Shown piece after piece: positions 20,024 to 30,632 of a stretch of 64,000 nucleotides of DNA (positions are counted from its first letter, which is position 1; each line of letters starts with the position of its first letter). Under the pieces are notes generated by a model. That model was not told where the DNA came from. It ran no database searches and saw only the letters and a list, made by a program, of their open reading frames with translations. A program made the position numbers and the translations under genes. The stretch comes from Eledone cirrhosa (lineage: Eukaryota), in contig OZ024757.1 in the NCBI GenBank assembly GCA_964016885.1, positions 43,524,001 to 43,588,000 of the forward strand, written 5' to 3'.

Positions 20024-20302
20024 TAAGCATGCCAAATGTAAAACTATGATAGTGGTGGTGTTGATGGTAATAATGATGATGATGATGATGTATTTATAAT
20101 TAAAAACACTAACACATAAATTTCCAATAAATACTTTAGTTTTAGATATAAAAAATATATTTTGCACATAAAACATAAGAGAAAGCATTTTGTTTTTAAA
20201 AATCACAGAAAATCGCACATGATACAGGAATAATTTAGAAAAGTATAGTTTTAGCAATCTAAAATACACACATACACGTCTCTCTCTGTCTTTCTGTGTG
20301 TG

Positions 20303-20336
<34 letters not shown>

Positions 20337-20443
20337 TAAAATGTTGTTGGACCTCCGTCACTGCCGATAAATGCTCCAGTTTATTTAATCAACAGAACCG
20401 CATACTTCTGAAATTAATATTAGTACACACACATACATATGAA

Positions 20444-20491
20444 CTTGTCTGATGACCCTGTGATAAACAGGTGAAACTCCCGTGTAACAAG
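20444..20491 (+). ncRNA. Minimal type I hammerhead ribozyme motif
   Basis: cttgt-CTGATGA-ccctg tgataaa caggt-GAAAC-tcccgt-GTA-acaag; stem I cttgt/acaag. Confidence 0.7.
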
Positions 20492-20501
20492 GCTCAGTAT
20501 T

Positions 20502-20545
<44 letters not shown>

Positions 20546-21194
20546 GTGTGCGTGCGTGTGTTGTGTTGATTATTAGGCTTCATCTCTCTTTGCTTTCTGC
20601 TACAGTTACTTCCTGGAGACGAAAATTGCAGACATACCGATATGTGTGTTTATCTGTGTTAATCTCCCTTTGATATATCAGAGACACCTCCCTTGAAATA
20701 TTTTTTTTTATTTAATCGTAATTTTCCTTTCTTATAAAAAAGCTTGATATTTTGTCGTATCAAGATGTGAGTTTATCTAACGACCAATATTTTCTTATCT
20801 GGAGAAGTTTCATCTGGAGTTGGTGTTGGGTGAGGAGGAGAAGAGGAATTCATTAGAAATCTGAGAGCAGAAGTAACTCCCGGGTACATGACTTAAAAGA
20901 CAGACTGGAGCAATCACAGTGCACAAACAGAAGTTTACAGAATTATGTACAGTTTTTAAAGACATCTTATCATAATGTATATGGAGATATGTCGGAAACG
21001 TTCCTGCGCTCAGGATCGTCATAGTTTCAATCACAACCTCCATCAATGTTTGTGATAATAATGTTCTTGGTAGGGAGAGGAAGTGAAGCAATGAATATTC
21101 TCAAAGCTGAGTTTTTCAGTTGACTTATTTTTAGGGGTTCATCTTCTGCTTTTTCTTATATGAGATGGACAGACAGTTAATATTGGAGTGCCAG

Positions 21195-21420
21195 TAATGG
21201 TGGTGACAGTGATAGTGGTGATGGTGGTGGTGTAGTGTTGAAGTGCTGGTGGTGATGTGGTGTTGAAGTGCTGGTGATGGTGGTGTAGTGTTGAAGTGTT
21301 GCTGATGGTGGTGTAGTGTTGAAGTGATAGTGGTGGTGGTGTAGTGTTGAAGTGATAGTGGTGGTGTTGGAGTGACAGTAATGGTGAAGGAGGTGGTGTT
21401 GTTGAAGTTATGGTGAAGTG
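21195..21420. repeat. Degenerate ~27-bp GTG-rich minisatellite just 3' of the gene's last stop
   Basis: Recurrent ggtggtgtagtgttgaagtg. Confidence 0.75.
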
Positions 21421-21440
21421 CCAGAGGTTGTGGTGTGCTA

Positions 21441-21526
21441 CTAGTGCGGAAGTGACACTTGGTGTATACAATTCCAGGCCACCAGACCAACTTTATTCTT
21501 TAAGCAACCCCGGAACCAATCAGTAC
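21441..21526 (-). CDS. NCF2: NCF2/NOXA1-like last coding exon: second half of the C-terminal SH3 (G|TDWFRGCLKNKVGLVAWNCIHQVSLPH*)
   Basis: Acceptor ttttccacag; phase 1 joins the 21845-21965 exon; resembles p67phox NEEWLEGECKGKVGIFP. Confidence 0.75.
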
Positions 21527-21577
21527 CTGTGGAAAAGACAGGAAAAAAAAAAATATATATATATATATATGTGTGCG

Positions 21578-21613
<36 letters not shown>

Positions 21614-21844
21614 GAACTAACTGTTGAAATGGCAAGAGCTCAGCCATCGGGTCCTGACTTTTTATGATATAACCATACTCTACTACCTCAAGTATAGAGT
21701 ACTATGTTGAGTAATGGTCTAACCAGTTTTAAACTGGTTCTATCTTGATTTTTCTAAGTGTTCAGGTGCATTACAACTCATCAAAGATGCATGTATTTTC
21801 ATTAGAAATACTTTGAGAAGTTAATAGAAATTTTTCAGACAAAC

Positions 21845-21965
21845 CTATGGATTTCACTTGAATTCGATCTCCTTCAATAACGTCCAAAACATTAGGGTTG
21901 CTGCTCCTTAAACTATATTTCACCAACACTGTCTGGCCAATTTTCTTGTAATCAGGAATTGGTGC
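21845..21965 (-). CDS. NCF2: NCF2/NOXA1-like exon: first half of the C-terminal SH3 (APIPDYKKIGQTVLVKYSLRSSNPNVLDVIEGDRIQVKSI)
   Basis: cag acceptor, gtttgt donor, 121 nt, open; SH3 pattern L.V.EGD.I.V. Confidence 0.75.
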
Positions 21966-22244
21966 CTGTCACCCAGAAGGAAATACATTAATGTATAGGT
22001 TATATACAGAGACAGACATACAAACACACAGAGACACACACAGCCACACACAACACACACAACACACACGCACATACCCGTACACACAAAGATACACACA
22101 CATATACAGGTTTGTGTAAAGATAAAATACAAACCTAAGAAAAGGTAGAAAGATTGTATTAAGGAAATATAAAATGTCACAGTTTAGATATAAATCACTG
22201 TCAAAAGCAAGCTCCTGATTGTAATACACAGAGAAAGACAATTA

Positions 22245-22826
22245 TCATCATCATCGCCGTTTTACGTCCGTTCTTCCATGCTAGCATGGGTTAGACGAGT
22301 TGTCCTGTTGTGGGCAGTGTCCGGTCGGCAGACCTTGTCTTGCTCATACGGGAACTGATTCTGGCTTGATTTCTACAGCTGGATGCCCTTCCTAACACCA
22401 ACCTCATTTACAGTGAGGGCTGGGTGCTTTTTTGCCATGGCACCTCCATGACCACTTTGCAGTGGGAGGGTTTGTGGGCGTTGTCTATATGCTTCATATG
22501 AGAGTGTATGGGCATTGTCTATATGCTTCAGCTTGTACCTGTGGGGGGTCGGGTACTCTGTATTACTGCGTGACGCCAGAGGTCACGGTCATGTGTCATC
22601 ACCTTTGAGAGGTGTAATTGGGTAAGGTCGGCTTTTATCACCTCATCCCAGGTCTTCTTGGGTCTCCCCACTCCACGGTTTCCATCGACATCTAGTGCTC
22701 TGCACCTTTTTATGCAGCTGTCATCCTTTATACGCATCACATGTCCATACCAAAGCAACCGCCTCTCCTGTACACAGCATTTGATTCCTCTTATGCTCAG
22801 TCCCTCTCTCAATTCATTTATGCTTT
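22245..22826 (-). mobile_element. RTE LINE family C, 3' end
   Basis: RRLLWYGHVMR..GRPKKTW, then 3' UTR and (GAT)n tail. Confidence 0.9.
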
Positions 22827-22855
22827 GCCTAATTTTATATATATATAGATAGATA

Positions 22856-24592
22856 TATTTCTTTATTAGCCACAGGGGCACAAAAGAAGGGGACAAATAC
22901 AAAGGGGGAAGTTTACATACAATAAAAACGTGTAAAATGTTATCACAGATGGAATTTAAAAGTTAGTCGATTTTCCCCAATAGAGGGAGACAGTTTATAT
23001 GGGTAACACATACCCCCGAAAAAAAATGTGCAACCCTCATCTCCAGGTGTACGAAGAGCTTGTACTCCTTTCCTCTCCTCCTCCTTTTCCTCAACCTACA
23101 GGCTGATATAGAGAGAAGGCCCATTCACTCGGGCCATTCTCGCCACCTTCACCCACCTTTCATAAAACTTGCTGGGGTACAGCACCTCTCTCTCCATCCT
23201 GATTCTTCTTCCAAAGTGGTATTTGAAAAAAAGAATCAGTTGTCGGCCGGAGAGAAAGGTGTCTGACCTCAGCCCTTTCAACCTTGTCCACCATACAACC
23301 TCTTTCGCCATAGCTATCACACAAAGGAAAACCGCTTCTCCTTCGTTTTTGAAGGAGGGTGGCGGTTTGATCATGACAATGGACTCGGTGGTCAACTGGA
23401 TTGGTCCCACCCGCGACAATAGTCGTTCTACATAGCCCCACAGGTCAGTGACGCCCGGGCAGTGTATGAATGCGTGCGCGACGGTTTCTTCGTCTCGCAC
23501 GCACCTCGGACAGATCTTTTTTGCAGGGTCCCTGCCCGGGCGCCTATGTCTGTAGAGCTTGTCTCGAACTGGTAGAGCTCCTCGGTAGCACTGCCAGGCC
23601 AGGGACTTTTGGAAGTTGTCCATCGGTCCCGGGCGGAAGGTCCTACCGAACAGACTGGCCAGTTCATCTTCCTCTACGCCCAGAGTTTCACCGAGCGCGT
23701 CGTCGCACTTGCTGCGGACCAACCCTCTATAGAATGATGAAGTGGAGTCTCCACTGATCGCCGGGTCCGCCTGCCAGAGGGCTGTGAGCGCCTGAGCACA
23801 TTCGATGTGCCAGTCGCCCATTTTCCTCGGTCTCTGCTTGACCCAGGACTGCAGCTCGGTCAGCGAGACGAGTCGTGGGAAGGCTCGCCTCACGAACGGG
23901 GCCCACACCGGTTGTCCGGTGAGGAATACGTAGAGATGCTGCAGCCTGAGCGCGTGTTTGCGCATCGTCAACCACGGCATCGCCAGCCCTCCGTTAGAAG
24001 GGTGTTGGCAGCAGATGGATCTTCTCACCAAAGGAGCCCGCCTCTTCCAAAGGAATCGGAAGAGCGCGCGCTCCATTTTGGCGAGCGTTTTGGCTGGACA
24101 AGGCACGACGGTCAAGCGGTAGTAGATGGCGGACGCTATAAAAGTGTTCGCCACCTCCGCTCGACCTTTCAAGGATAGTTTGCACTCGGCCCACTTCTGG
24201 GTGAGTGCAAACACCTTGGCCGTCACTTCGTTCCAGTTCTTCTCCACCTGGAGGTCCGGACCAAACCAGACCCCGAGCAGCTTTACCGGTCCTTCCGTCC
24301 AGCGTCCGACGACGCCATCGGAAGGCATCGGTCTGCCTCTCCACGATCCGAGTTGCAAACCGATGGACTTGTCCCGGTTCAGCTTCGCTCCTGTGAGACT
24401 TTCGTATTCCTTTAGTAAGGTGCCGACTTCCTCGATTTGCGAGGCGCTCGACACCATTACTGTCACGTCGTCGGCGTAGGACGACGCCGCTATCCGCAGT
24501 CCCGGTTCCAGAGGGATGCCCTGCAATAGCTCCAGCTTCCGCAGTAGTGGCTCGAGAGTCAGTACGTACAGAAGGGAGGAGAGAGGGCATCC
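22856..24592 (-). mobile_element. Tx1/L1-clade LINE, 5'-truncated; ORF2 C-terminal ~500 aa uninterrupted (RT motifs 4-7 plus zf-RVT), stop at 23096
   Basis: GCPLS, YADDV, GAKLNRDKS, VKLLGV, LSLKGR, CPRC..ETVAHAFIHC; GC-rich; candidate TSD tatagatagata at 22844-22855 and 24593-24604. Confidence 0.93.
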
Positions 24593-24593
24593 T

Positions 24594-24635
<42 letters not shown>

Positions 24636-24689
24636 TCAGAAAAGCAAAGTGCATTTTGAGCAGAGAAAAACAAAATGTTGGTGACTTAC

Positions 24690-24791
24690 AGTGCAAGATT
24701 ATAAAGCATTGGTGTCTTATTCAGTGCTAATTGATGCAGTGGTGTCTGGTGCTGTGCTCAATGGTGCAGTGGTGTCTGGTGCAGTGAATTT
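24690..24791 (-). pseudogene. Candidate relic or poison exon of the NCF2-like gene (KFTAPDTTAPLSTAPDTTASISTE*DTNAL*SCT)
   Basis: ttag acceptor, gtaagt donor, 102 nt, phase 0/0, stops in all frames. Confidence 0.35.
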
Positions 24792-24883
24792 CTAACACAA
24801 TATACATATATATATATATATATATAATGCAAAAACAATGTCTCTGATCGGGACGAAGTGAGAGTGTATTTGAATACATATAA

Positions 24884-25000
24884 AAATGAGAAAACTCATC
24901 ATTACGGCCGCTGGTCTCCGTCCTCTGAGACATTTTTGCCTATTGCTGTCTTTGACATCATTTAGGTGTTTTAATGGCTGTTCTAGCGATGAGTTTTCTC

Positions 25001-25004
<4 letters not shown>
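24884..25004. mobile_element. Small TIR element (17-bp inverted termini)
   Basis: aaatgagaaaactcatc / gatgagttttctcattt, next to TA runs. Confidence 0.5.
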
Positions 25005-25036
<32 letters not shown>

Positions 25037-25184
25037 CCATTTATATTATATTGTTTACCAATGAGTAGAACTGGTGATTCCAGTTAGTAAATGAAGATGC
25101 AATAAATTAAAGCAGTCAACATTCCGTAAATCATCCATCATAGATGTGGTATCCCGTGATTGATGTAGGAACAGAGATTAAATA

Positions 25185-25293
25185 TACATTAAAAGCAACA
25201 GAAGACTGGACTGGAAACTTACTTTAAAATGTGTTCGTGGACTTAGGATTATTGAGTAAATTTACAGTCCAGCCTTCTGTTGTTTTTAATGTA
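25185..25293. mobile_element. Small TIR element or hairpin (~39-bp imperfect arms)
   Basis: tacattaaaagcaacagaagactggactggaaacttact / agtaaatttacagtccagccttctgttgtttttaatgta. Confidence 0.55.
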
Positions 25294-25380
25294 AGTATCA
25301 TCATCATCATCATCATCATTTCATTTTACGTCCGCTTTTTCCCTGCTTGCAAGGGTGGGACAGTATATATATATATATAT

Positions 25381-25501
25381 ATTCATTTTATTAAGACTAA
25401 ATAGTGAGTCTTGTTACTCTGGAGTTTCACCTGCTTATCACAAGACCCTGTGATAAACAGGTGAAACTCCAGACTCACTATTTAGCCTTAATAAAATGAA
25501 T
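25381..25501. mobile_element. Palindrome made of two opposed halves of the hammerhead-bearing element seen at 20444
   Basis: Both arms contain tgtgataa.caggtgaaactccag..actcactatttag..ttaataaaatgaat. Confidence 0.75.
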
Positions 25502-25704
25502 ATTTAAACACTATTTCACTATTGAATACACTTTTCTTTCAGCCGTTAACTACATCCGGATATATAAATACAAACACTTACACACACATATATATACATG
25601 TATATATATATGTATGTGTGTGTATTCATATGTATATATACACAAAAAACAAATGTTGGGTTAATAATACAAAATATAGAACATATAAATGTACAGAAAC
25701 TTAC

Positions 25705-25804
25705 ATAAACATATCTCATGTATCCAATTGACTAAAATCCCTTTGAAAGTTCTTCGGTAGAAAAGTTTTATTTTTTCTGTTGATAGGATTAAGTTTTGAA
25801 TGCA
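25705..25804 (-). other. Candidate PB1-like exon of the NCF2-like gene (CIQNLILSTEKIKLFYRRTFKGILVNWIHEICL); no obvious in-phase downstream partner
   Basis: tttctatag acceptor, gtaagt donor, 100 nt; resembles p67phox PB1 LELRLEHTKLSYRP. Confidence 0.45.
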
Positions 25805-26073
25805 CTATAGAAAGCAGATATTGAAGGTGTTTGAGGCCTGGTGAAGTTTGTCTTCTTATCAACCATATATTGAGTGGAAGGGGTGATTTTGATTTTATTT
25901 AAGAGTATATATTTTATGTTTGGCTACATATAAATACACACAAACACAGACAGACATATACATATATACACACACACAGACAGACATATACATATATACA
26001 CACACACAGACAGAGATATATACATATATACACACACACAGACAGAGATATATATGTATATATATATATTCCT

Positions 26074-26109
<36 letters not shown>

Positions 26110-26131
26110 CCTCCTATATATATATTTTCCT

Positions 26132-26169
<38 letters not shown>

Positions 26170-27071
26170 CCTCCTATATATATATTTTCCTCCTATATAT
26201 ATTTACCTCGGCTGCGTTTGTCTGTTTCTCTCTTACTGCTTCCCCGTTCTCTCTGTTGCTCTCACCTTCTTTCGCCCCCTCTGTCAGTTACACTTTCTCT
26301 CGACTGACCTCTTCCTCGCACTTCCACTCACTCACTCTCTGTTTCTCCCCTTCTCACTTCCTCCCGTTTGGCTTGTAGTGGGTTCTCTTCTTGCTCACAT
26401 CTCACTCACGTCGGACGGTCTGTATCTCGATTGCTCATGAAATCCACCCAGCTTATGCTGACCGGATAACCATGTTGATTGTTTATTCCCATCTTTGCGT
26501 TGCTTTCATCCTTCTATGTTGTTTACTTGTCTCACTCGCTTTACACGATTTACTTGTGTCCCAATAGCTTTATTTAGTTATTGCTCGCACCAACCTGAGG
26601 TATATGATTTTTAATGTGATGAAATATCAATGATGGTTGGCAAATCACTGACGAAGGACTATTTTTATCACATGTAACTCATGTGCAACCACGCAGTATT
26701 CTTCTTTCTTCTCATGTTTTTTAGAGAGAGAGAGAGAGAGAGAGAGACCCACTGACCAACATTCCCCCAAAATGGCTGACTAAATACATTCCCATTCCTC
26801 TCTCTTCTCAGTATATTTCTATTTCATCTTTTATTTTTCATCCTATCTTCTGATGAAGGACTAGTGTCTGAAACGAAGATTCTTTTCTTATTATATCAAG
26901 TGTTAAACTAATATATTTCTTCATTGTACTGCATTGTCTACTTTGCTGTTTCTATTTACTTTTCGCATATATATACATTGGAAATAGCAGCCAAATTCCC
27001 CTCAAATCATACTCTCACATACACAAACATACATACAAAAGTGCCTACGATATATATACATATATACTCAC

Positions 27072-27109
27072 AGTCGTATTGTCTTGACATTTCAAACCAC
27101 CGTTTGTTG
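27072..27109 (-). CDS. NCF2: 38-nt linker exon of the NCF2-like gene (S|TNGGLKCQDNTT)
   Basis: Strong pyrimidine tract and tttctacag acceptor, gtgagt donor; phase 1 in / phase 0 out bridges the 27991 donor and the SH3 exon. Confidence 0.55.
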
Positions 27110-27663
27110 CTGTAGAAACAGATAAAGAGAGAGTGTTTTGGAAAATGTGGAATTTACTCAGGGAAGACTTCTTTTCTGGGATGAAAAACAAATAGTTAAG
27201 TGTTTGCCAACATATGTAATGTAGTGTAGTGTAGCTACAAGGCTTTACTTATTTAAAATTACACCAATAGCAGCAGCCATTTTTAAGGCATTCCACCCTG
27301 TTAAAGCAGGGGTCAGCCCTGTCACACTGTATTCTTGCTATAGTAGCAACAACCTAACTGTTATCTGTACCAGATTCCCATTAAAGCGCTAATGAACAAC
27401 TTACATAGAAGGAGGTAAAATACTAAAAATACACAACCGATCCCAATGCAGCCTTGTAGTTACATGTCAATGGTGCCCCCTATAGCTGTTTACTTTTGTT
27501 GTTAATCTGATAAATGAGGAAAGTCGAGATACTTTACAGTTGAGGTAATTATTGATATTTATTCTATGGACGAGAGTGAGCAAGAATTTCAACAAGTTTA
27601 ACTTTACAGTCAGCATGAGTGATTCGGACAATGAAACTTGTGAAAGTGGTGAGGAAAGTAACA

Positions 27664-27915
27664 GTCAGGTCGACACTTGGGTCTCAGGTACCAGGTTGAC
27701 ACTTGGGTCTCAGGTAGACACTCTGGTGTCAGGTTGACATTCAGGTGTCAGGTTGACACTCAGGTGCCAGGTTGACACTTGGGTCTCAGGTAGACACTGT
27801 GGTGTCAGGTTGACATTCAGGTGTCAGGTTGACATTCAGGTGTCAGGTTGACACTCAGGTGCCAGGTTGACACTTGGGTCTCAGGTAGACACTCTGGTGT
27901 CAGGTTGACACTTGG
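27664..27915. repeat. ~19-bp minisatellite with internal palindrome gtgtca-ggt-tgacac and ~76-bp higher-order repeats
   Basis: Directly visible. Confidence 0.85.
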
Positions 27916-27982
27916 TATAATGTGCAAAGAAGCAGAACTCAAAGGAAGTTTCAAATCATAATAATAATAATAAATAAAGTGA

Positions 27983-28336
27983 TTATTTACAGTGTTGTTG
28001 AAAGCTTTTAATTGCAAGTCTTCTATTTCTGCTTGCCAACGGAGGTGGAGGTCGTGTTGGTGGTCGTGTGGGTGGTCTTGATGGAGGTTTTGATGCTGGT
28101 TGTCTTGGTTTACATTGAGAGGTGTCTTTACTCTTCAACTTCTCGACTTCAGATTGAACCATTGCTGTACCAAATGACCGTAATGCCAGCATTGAGATAA
28201 GAGAATTTTTCTGATTCCCTTGCTGTATTTTCTCCACTTCCTTTAGAGTCGGCCAGATGTGATCCTTCAACGGGTTACTGCCACTACTCAAAAGTATGTC
28301 ATTCATAGAAAAGGGGTTGCTATTTGTCGAAATAAC
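27983..28336 (-). CDS. NCF2: NCF2/NOXA1-like exon: end of activation domain plus proline-rich region; ends at TAA 27983 or at a phase-1 gtaaat donor after 27991
   Basis: tttttttcatcag acceptor; VISTNS.. follows DYLGDSK as VVAS follows DYLGKAT in p67phox; KPPSRPPTRPPTRPPPP. Confidence 0.85.
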   Translation of the reverse strand, partial: VISTNSNPFSMNDILLSSGSNPLKDHIWPTLKEVEKIQQGNQKNSLISMLALRSFGTAMVQSEVEKLKSKDTSQCKPRQPASKPPSRPPTRPPTRPPPPLASRNRRLAIKSFQQHCK

Positions 28337-28484
28337 CTGATGAAAAAAAATTTGATAAGTCACAAAATCACCGAAATAGTCAATATTCCCACAACAATCT
28401 GTCCACCCCTGTAAAACATCTCACCTTAGAATCACTTAGTCTATATTCCCACAACAACCTGTTCAACCCTATAAAACTCCTCAC

Positions 28485-28589
28485 CTTGGAATCCCCCAGA
28501 TAGTCAATATTTTTGATATTTTCTGACATCCATTTCGGTGGGTGGAAAATCCCACTAGCAACGTAGAAATGTCCAAATTGTTGCTTTTG
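28485..28589 (-). CDS. NCF2: NCF2/NOXA1-like exon (QKQQFGHFYVASGIFHPPKWMSENIKNIDYLGDSK)
   Basis: 105 nt, phase 0/0, ttgcag/gtgagg; matches p67phox KQKLYEPVVIPVGKLFRP..KDYLGKAT. Confidence 0.93.
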
Positions 28590-29293
28590 CTGCAAATAGA
28601 AGAGAAAATGGAAAATTGTTTCAATGTGTGCAATGTTTGTGTTTGTGTATATAATCTGTGTTTGTGTAATATGAGTGTAATGTGTGTATGTATATGAGTG
28701 TCTATGTTTACATTTCAGCCTGTGTTTATGTCACGTGACTTAGCAGTTTGGCAGAGATTGATAAACTAAGTACCAGACATGACTGACAGAATCAAGGCAG
28801 TCCCCCAGCATGGTCAAAGTCTACTGTGTAAAACAAATAAAAGAATAGATACAATATGTATTGGTATATATTCATTGATTGGCTGGTTTCGATCAGTTGG
28901 AGAGGGTTGCTTCTGACAGGACCCACTGGAAGGAGTGTTTGAGGAACCTGCCCTCACCCACCCCCATAGCACACTTAAGATTAAGTGGGAGGGGGGAGAA
29001 GAAGAATTCTCAATACATATATATGTATGGAAGTATGTGAGGTAAGAAAGAGAGTGTGTGTGTGAGAGGGGAGAGTGACCTCAGTGCCAATAAGACCAAC
29101 CTTCTGAGGTCATACAGCTTTAAATCTACTTAAATAGGAAACTTGTGGTGACCATCCTTAATATATAATCTCCTCATAAACATCCTGTTATCCCAACAAT
29201 AGGCCGCTAGATATTGTATGTTGACCAGGCACTGCTGGAGATGTGGCCTGAACACTGGCCGAAACCTATCAAACTTATCAAAGTTGTATACAT

Positions 29294-29339
<46 letters not shown>

Positions 29340-29380
29340 ATAAATTATACAATTATCAAAGTTGTGTTCAAATCATTTAA

Positions 29381-29430
29381 TAGCTGACAATCGTTTCTTC
29401 CAAACTCTCGTTTGGAGTCATCGGAGCATT
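29381..29430 (-). ncRNA. Hammerhead-like motif in the pLTR (CCGATGA core variant); second copy on + at 32521-32575
   Basis: gct-CCGATGA-ctccaaac gaga gtttggaa-GAAAC-gatt-GTC-agc. Confidence 0.6.
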
Positions 29431-30137
29431 ATCAATGTTTGCACATATAATTCACCTTCTATTCAACTGAACAATAATATAGATACATATAAATTGATGT
29501 TGTGAGCAACAGTTTCGTATTTACAGGGTGGAATGGATGCGACATATATTTTACGAGAATTGTACAATAATTGTACAAGTATTCAAGTTCAAATTCAAAT
29601 TCAAATTAAAATCAAAATCAAAATCAAAAGCACGGAGTGGAATACATGCAACAATTAAAACAAGGGAACAGTCCAAATATTAAAGAGGCATTGAGGAAGC
29701 AGTTTTGAGAAAGGAAGAGTGCAATAACAATTCATATGCAGGCGTGTGGATATTGTGACTGTGTAAGTCATATACATGAGGAGGAGACAAGCAAAGCTAT
29801 TATGCATATATAGATGAATAAATACTGCAGTTAAAGCAATTGTGTTAATGTATTAGAGTCTATGGTGGGTGTTGGATGTTTATGGTGTTCGAATTAATGT
29901 GTGTTGAGTAACATACAGTTTTTGCAGACTTTTCCATGACATATGTTGAAATAAACTTTAGTTGCTGTTTATATTGAGTGTTTTAAGTTAGTTAGAGCAA
30001 TGGATTGTAAATTAGTCTTAATGAATTCATATTCATAGACTATATTTGATCAACCGTTAAATTTTCAATCGTAAAAGTGAATAAGGGGAGGTAACTAGGT
30101 AATTAAGTTCAGTTCAGTTATTAAAATTCTTTGTTTT

Positions 30138-30632
30138 AATACACAATATAATGTGATACCATTGGATCTGTTACTTAACCCTAATACACAATATAATGTG
30201 ATACCATTGGATCTGTTACTTAACCCTAATACACAATATAATGTGATACCATTGGATCTGTTACTTAACCCTAATACACAATATAATGTGATACCATTGG
30301 ATCTGTTACTTAACCCTAATACACAATATAATGTGATACCATTGGATCTGTTACTTAACCCTAATACACAATATAATGTGATACCATTGGATCTGTTACT
30401 TAACCCTAATACACAATATAATGTGATACCATTGGATCTGTTACTTAACCCTAATACACAATATAATGTGATACCATTGGATCTGTTACTTAACCCTAAT
30501 ACACAATATAATGTGATACCATTGGATCTGTTACTTAACCCTAATACACAATATAATGTGATACCATTGGATCTGTTACTTAACCCTAATACACAATATA
30601 ATGTGATACCATTGGATCTGTTACTTAACCCT
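30138..30632. repeat. 45-bp tandem repeat, 11 identical copies
   Basis: aatacacaatataatgtgataccattggatctgttacttaaccct x11. Confidence 0.97.

Noticed and set aside
20810-21091. 93-aa minus-strand ORF downstream of the gene
   Set aside because: No recognisable motif or convincing splice sites; may be 3' UTR
29230-29275. Additional hammerhead (ctggaga..ggcc..ggccgaaac)
   Set aside because: Core is mutated and there is no clear stem I or cleavage triplet
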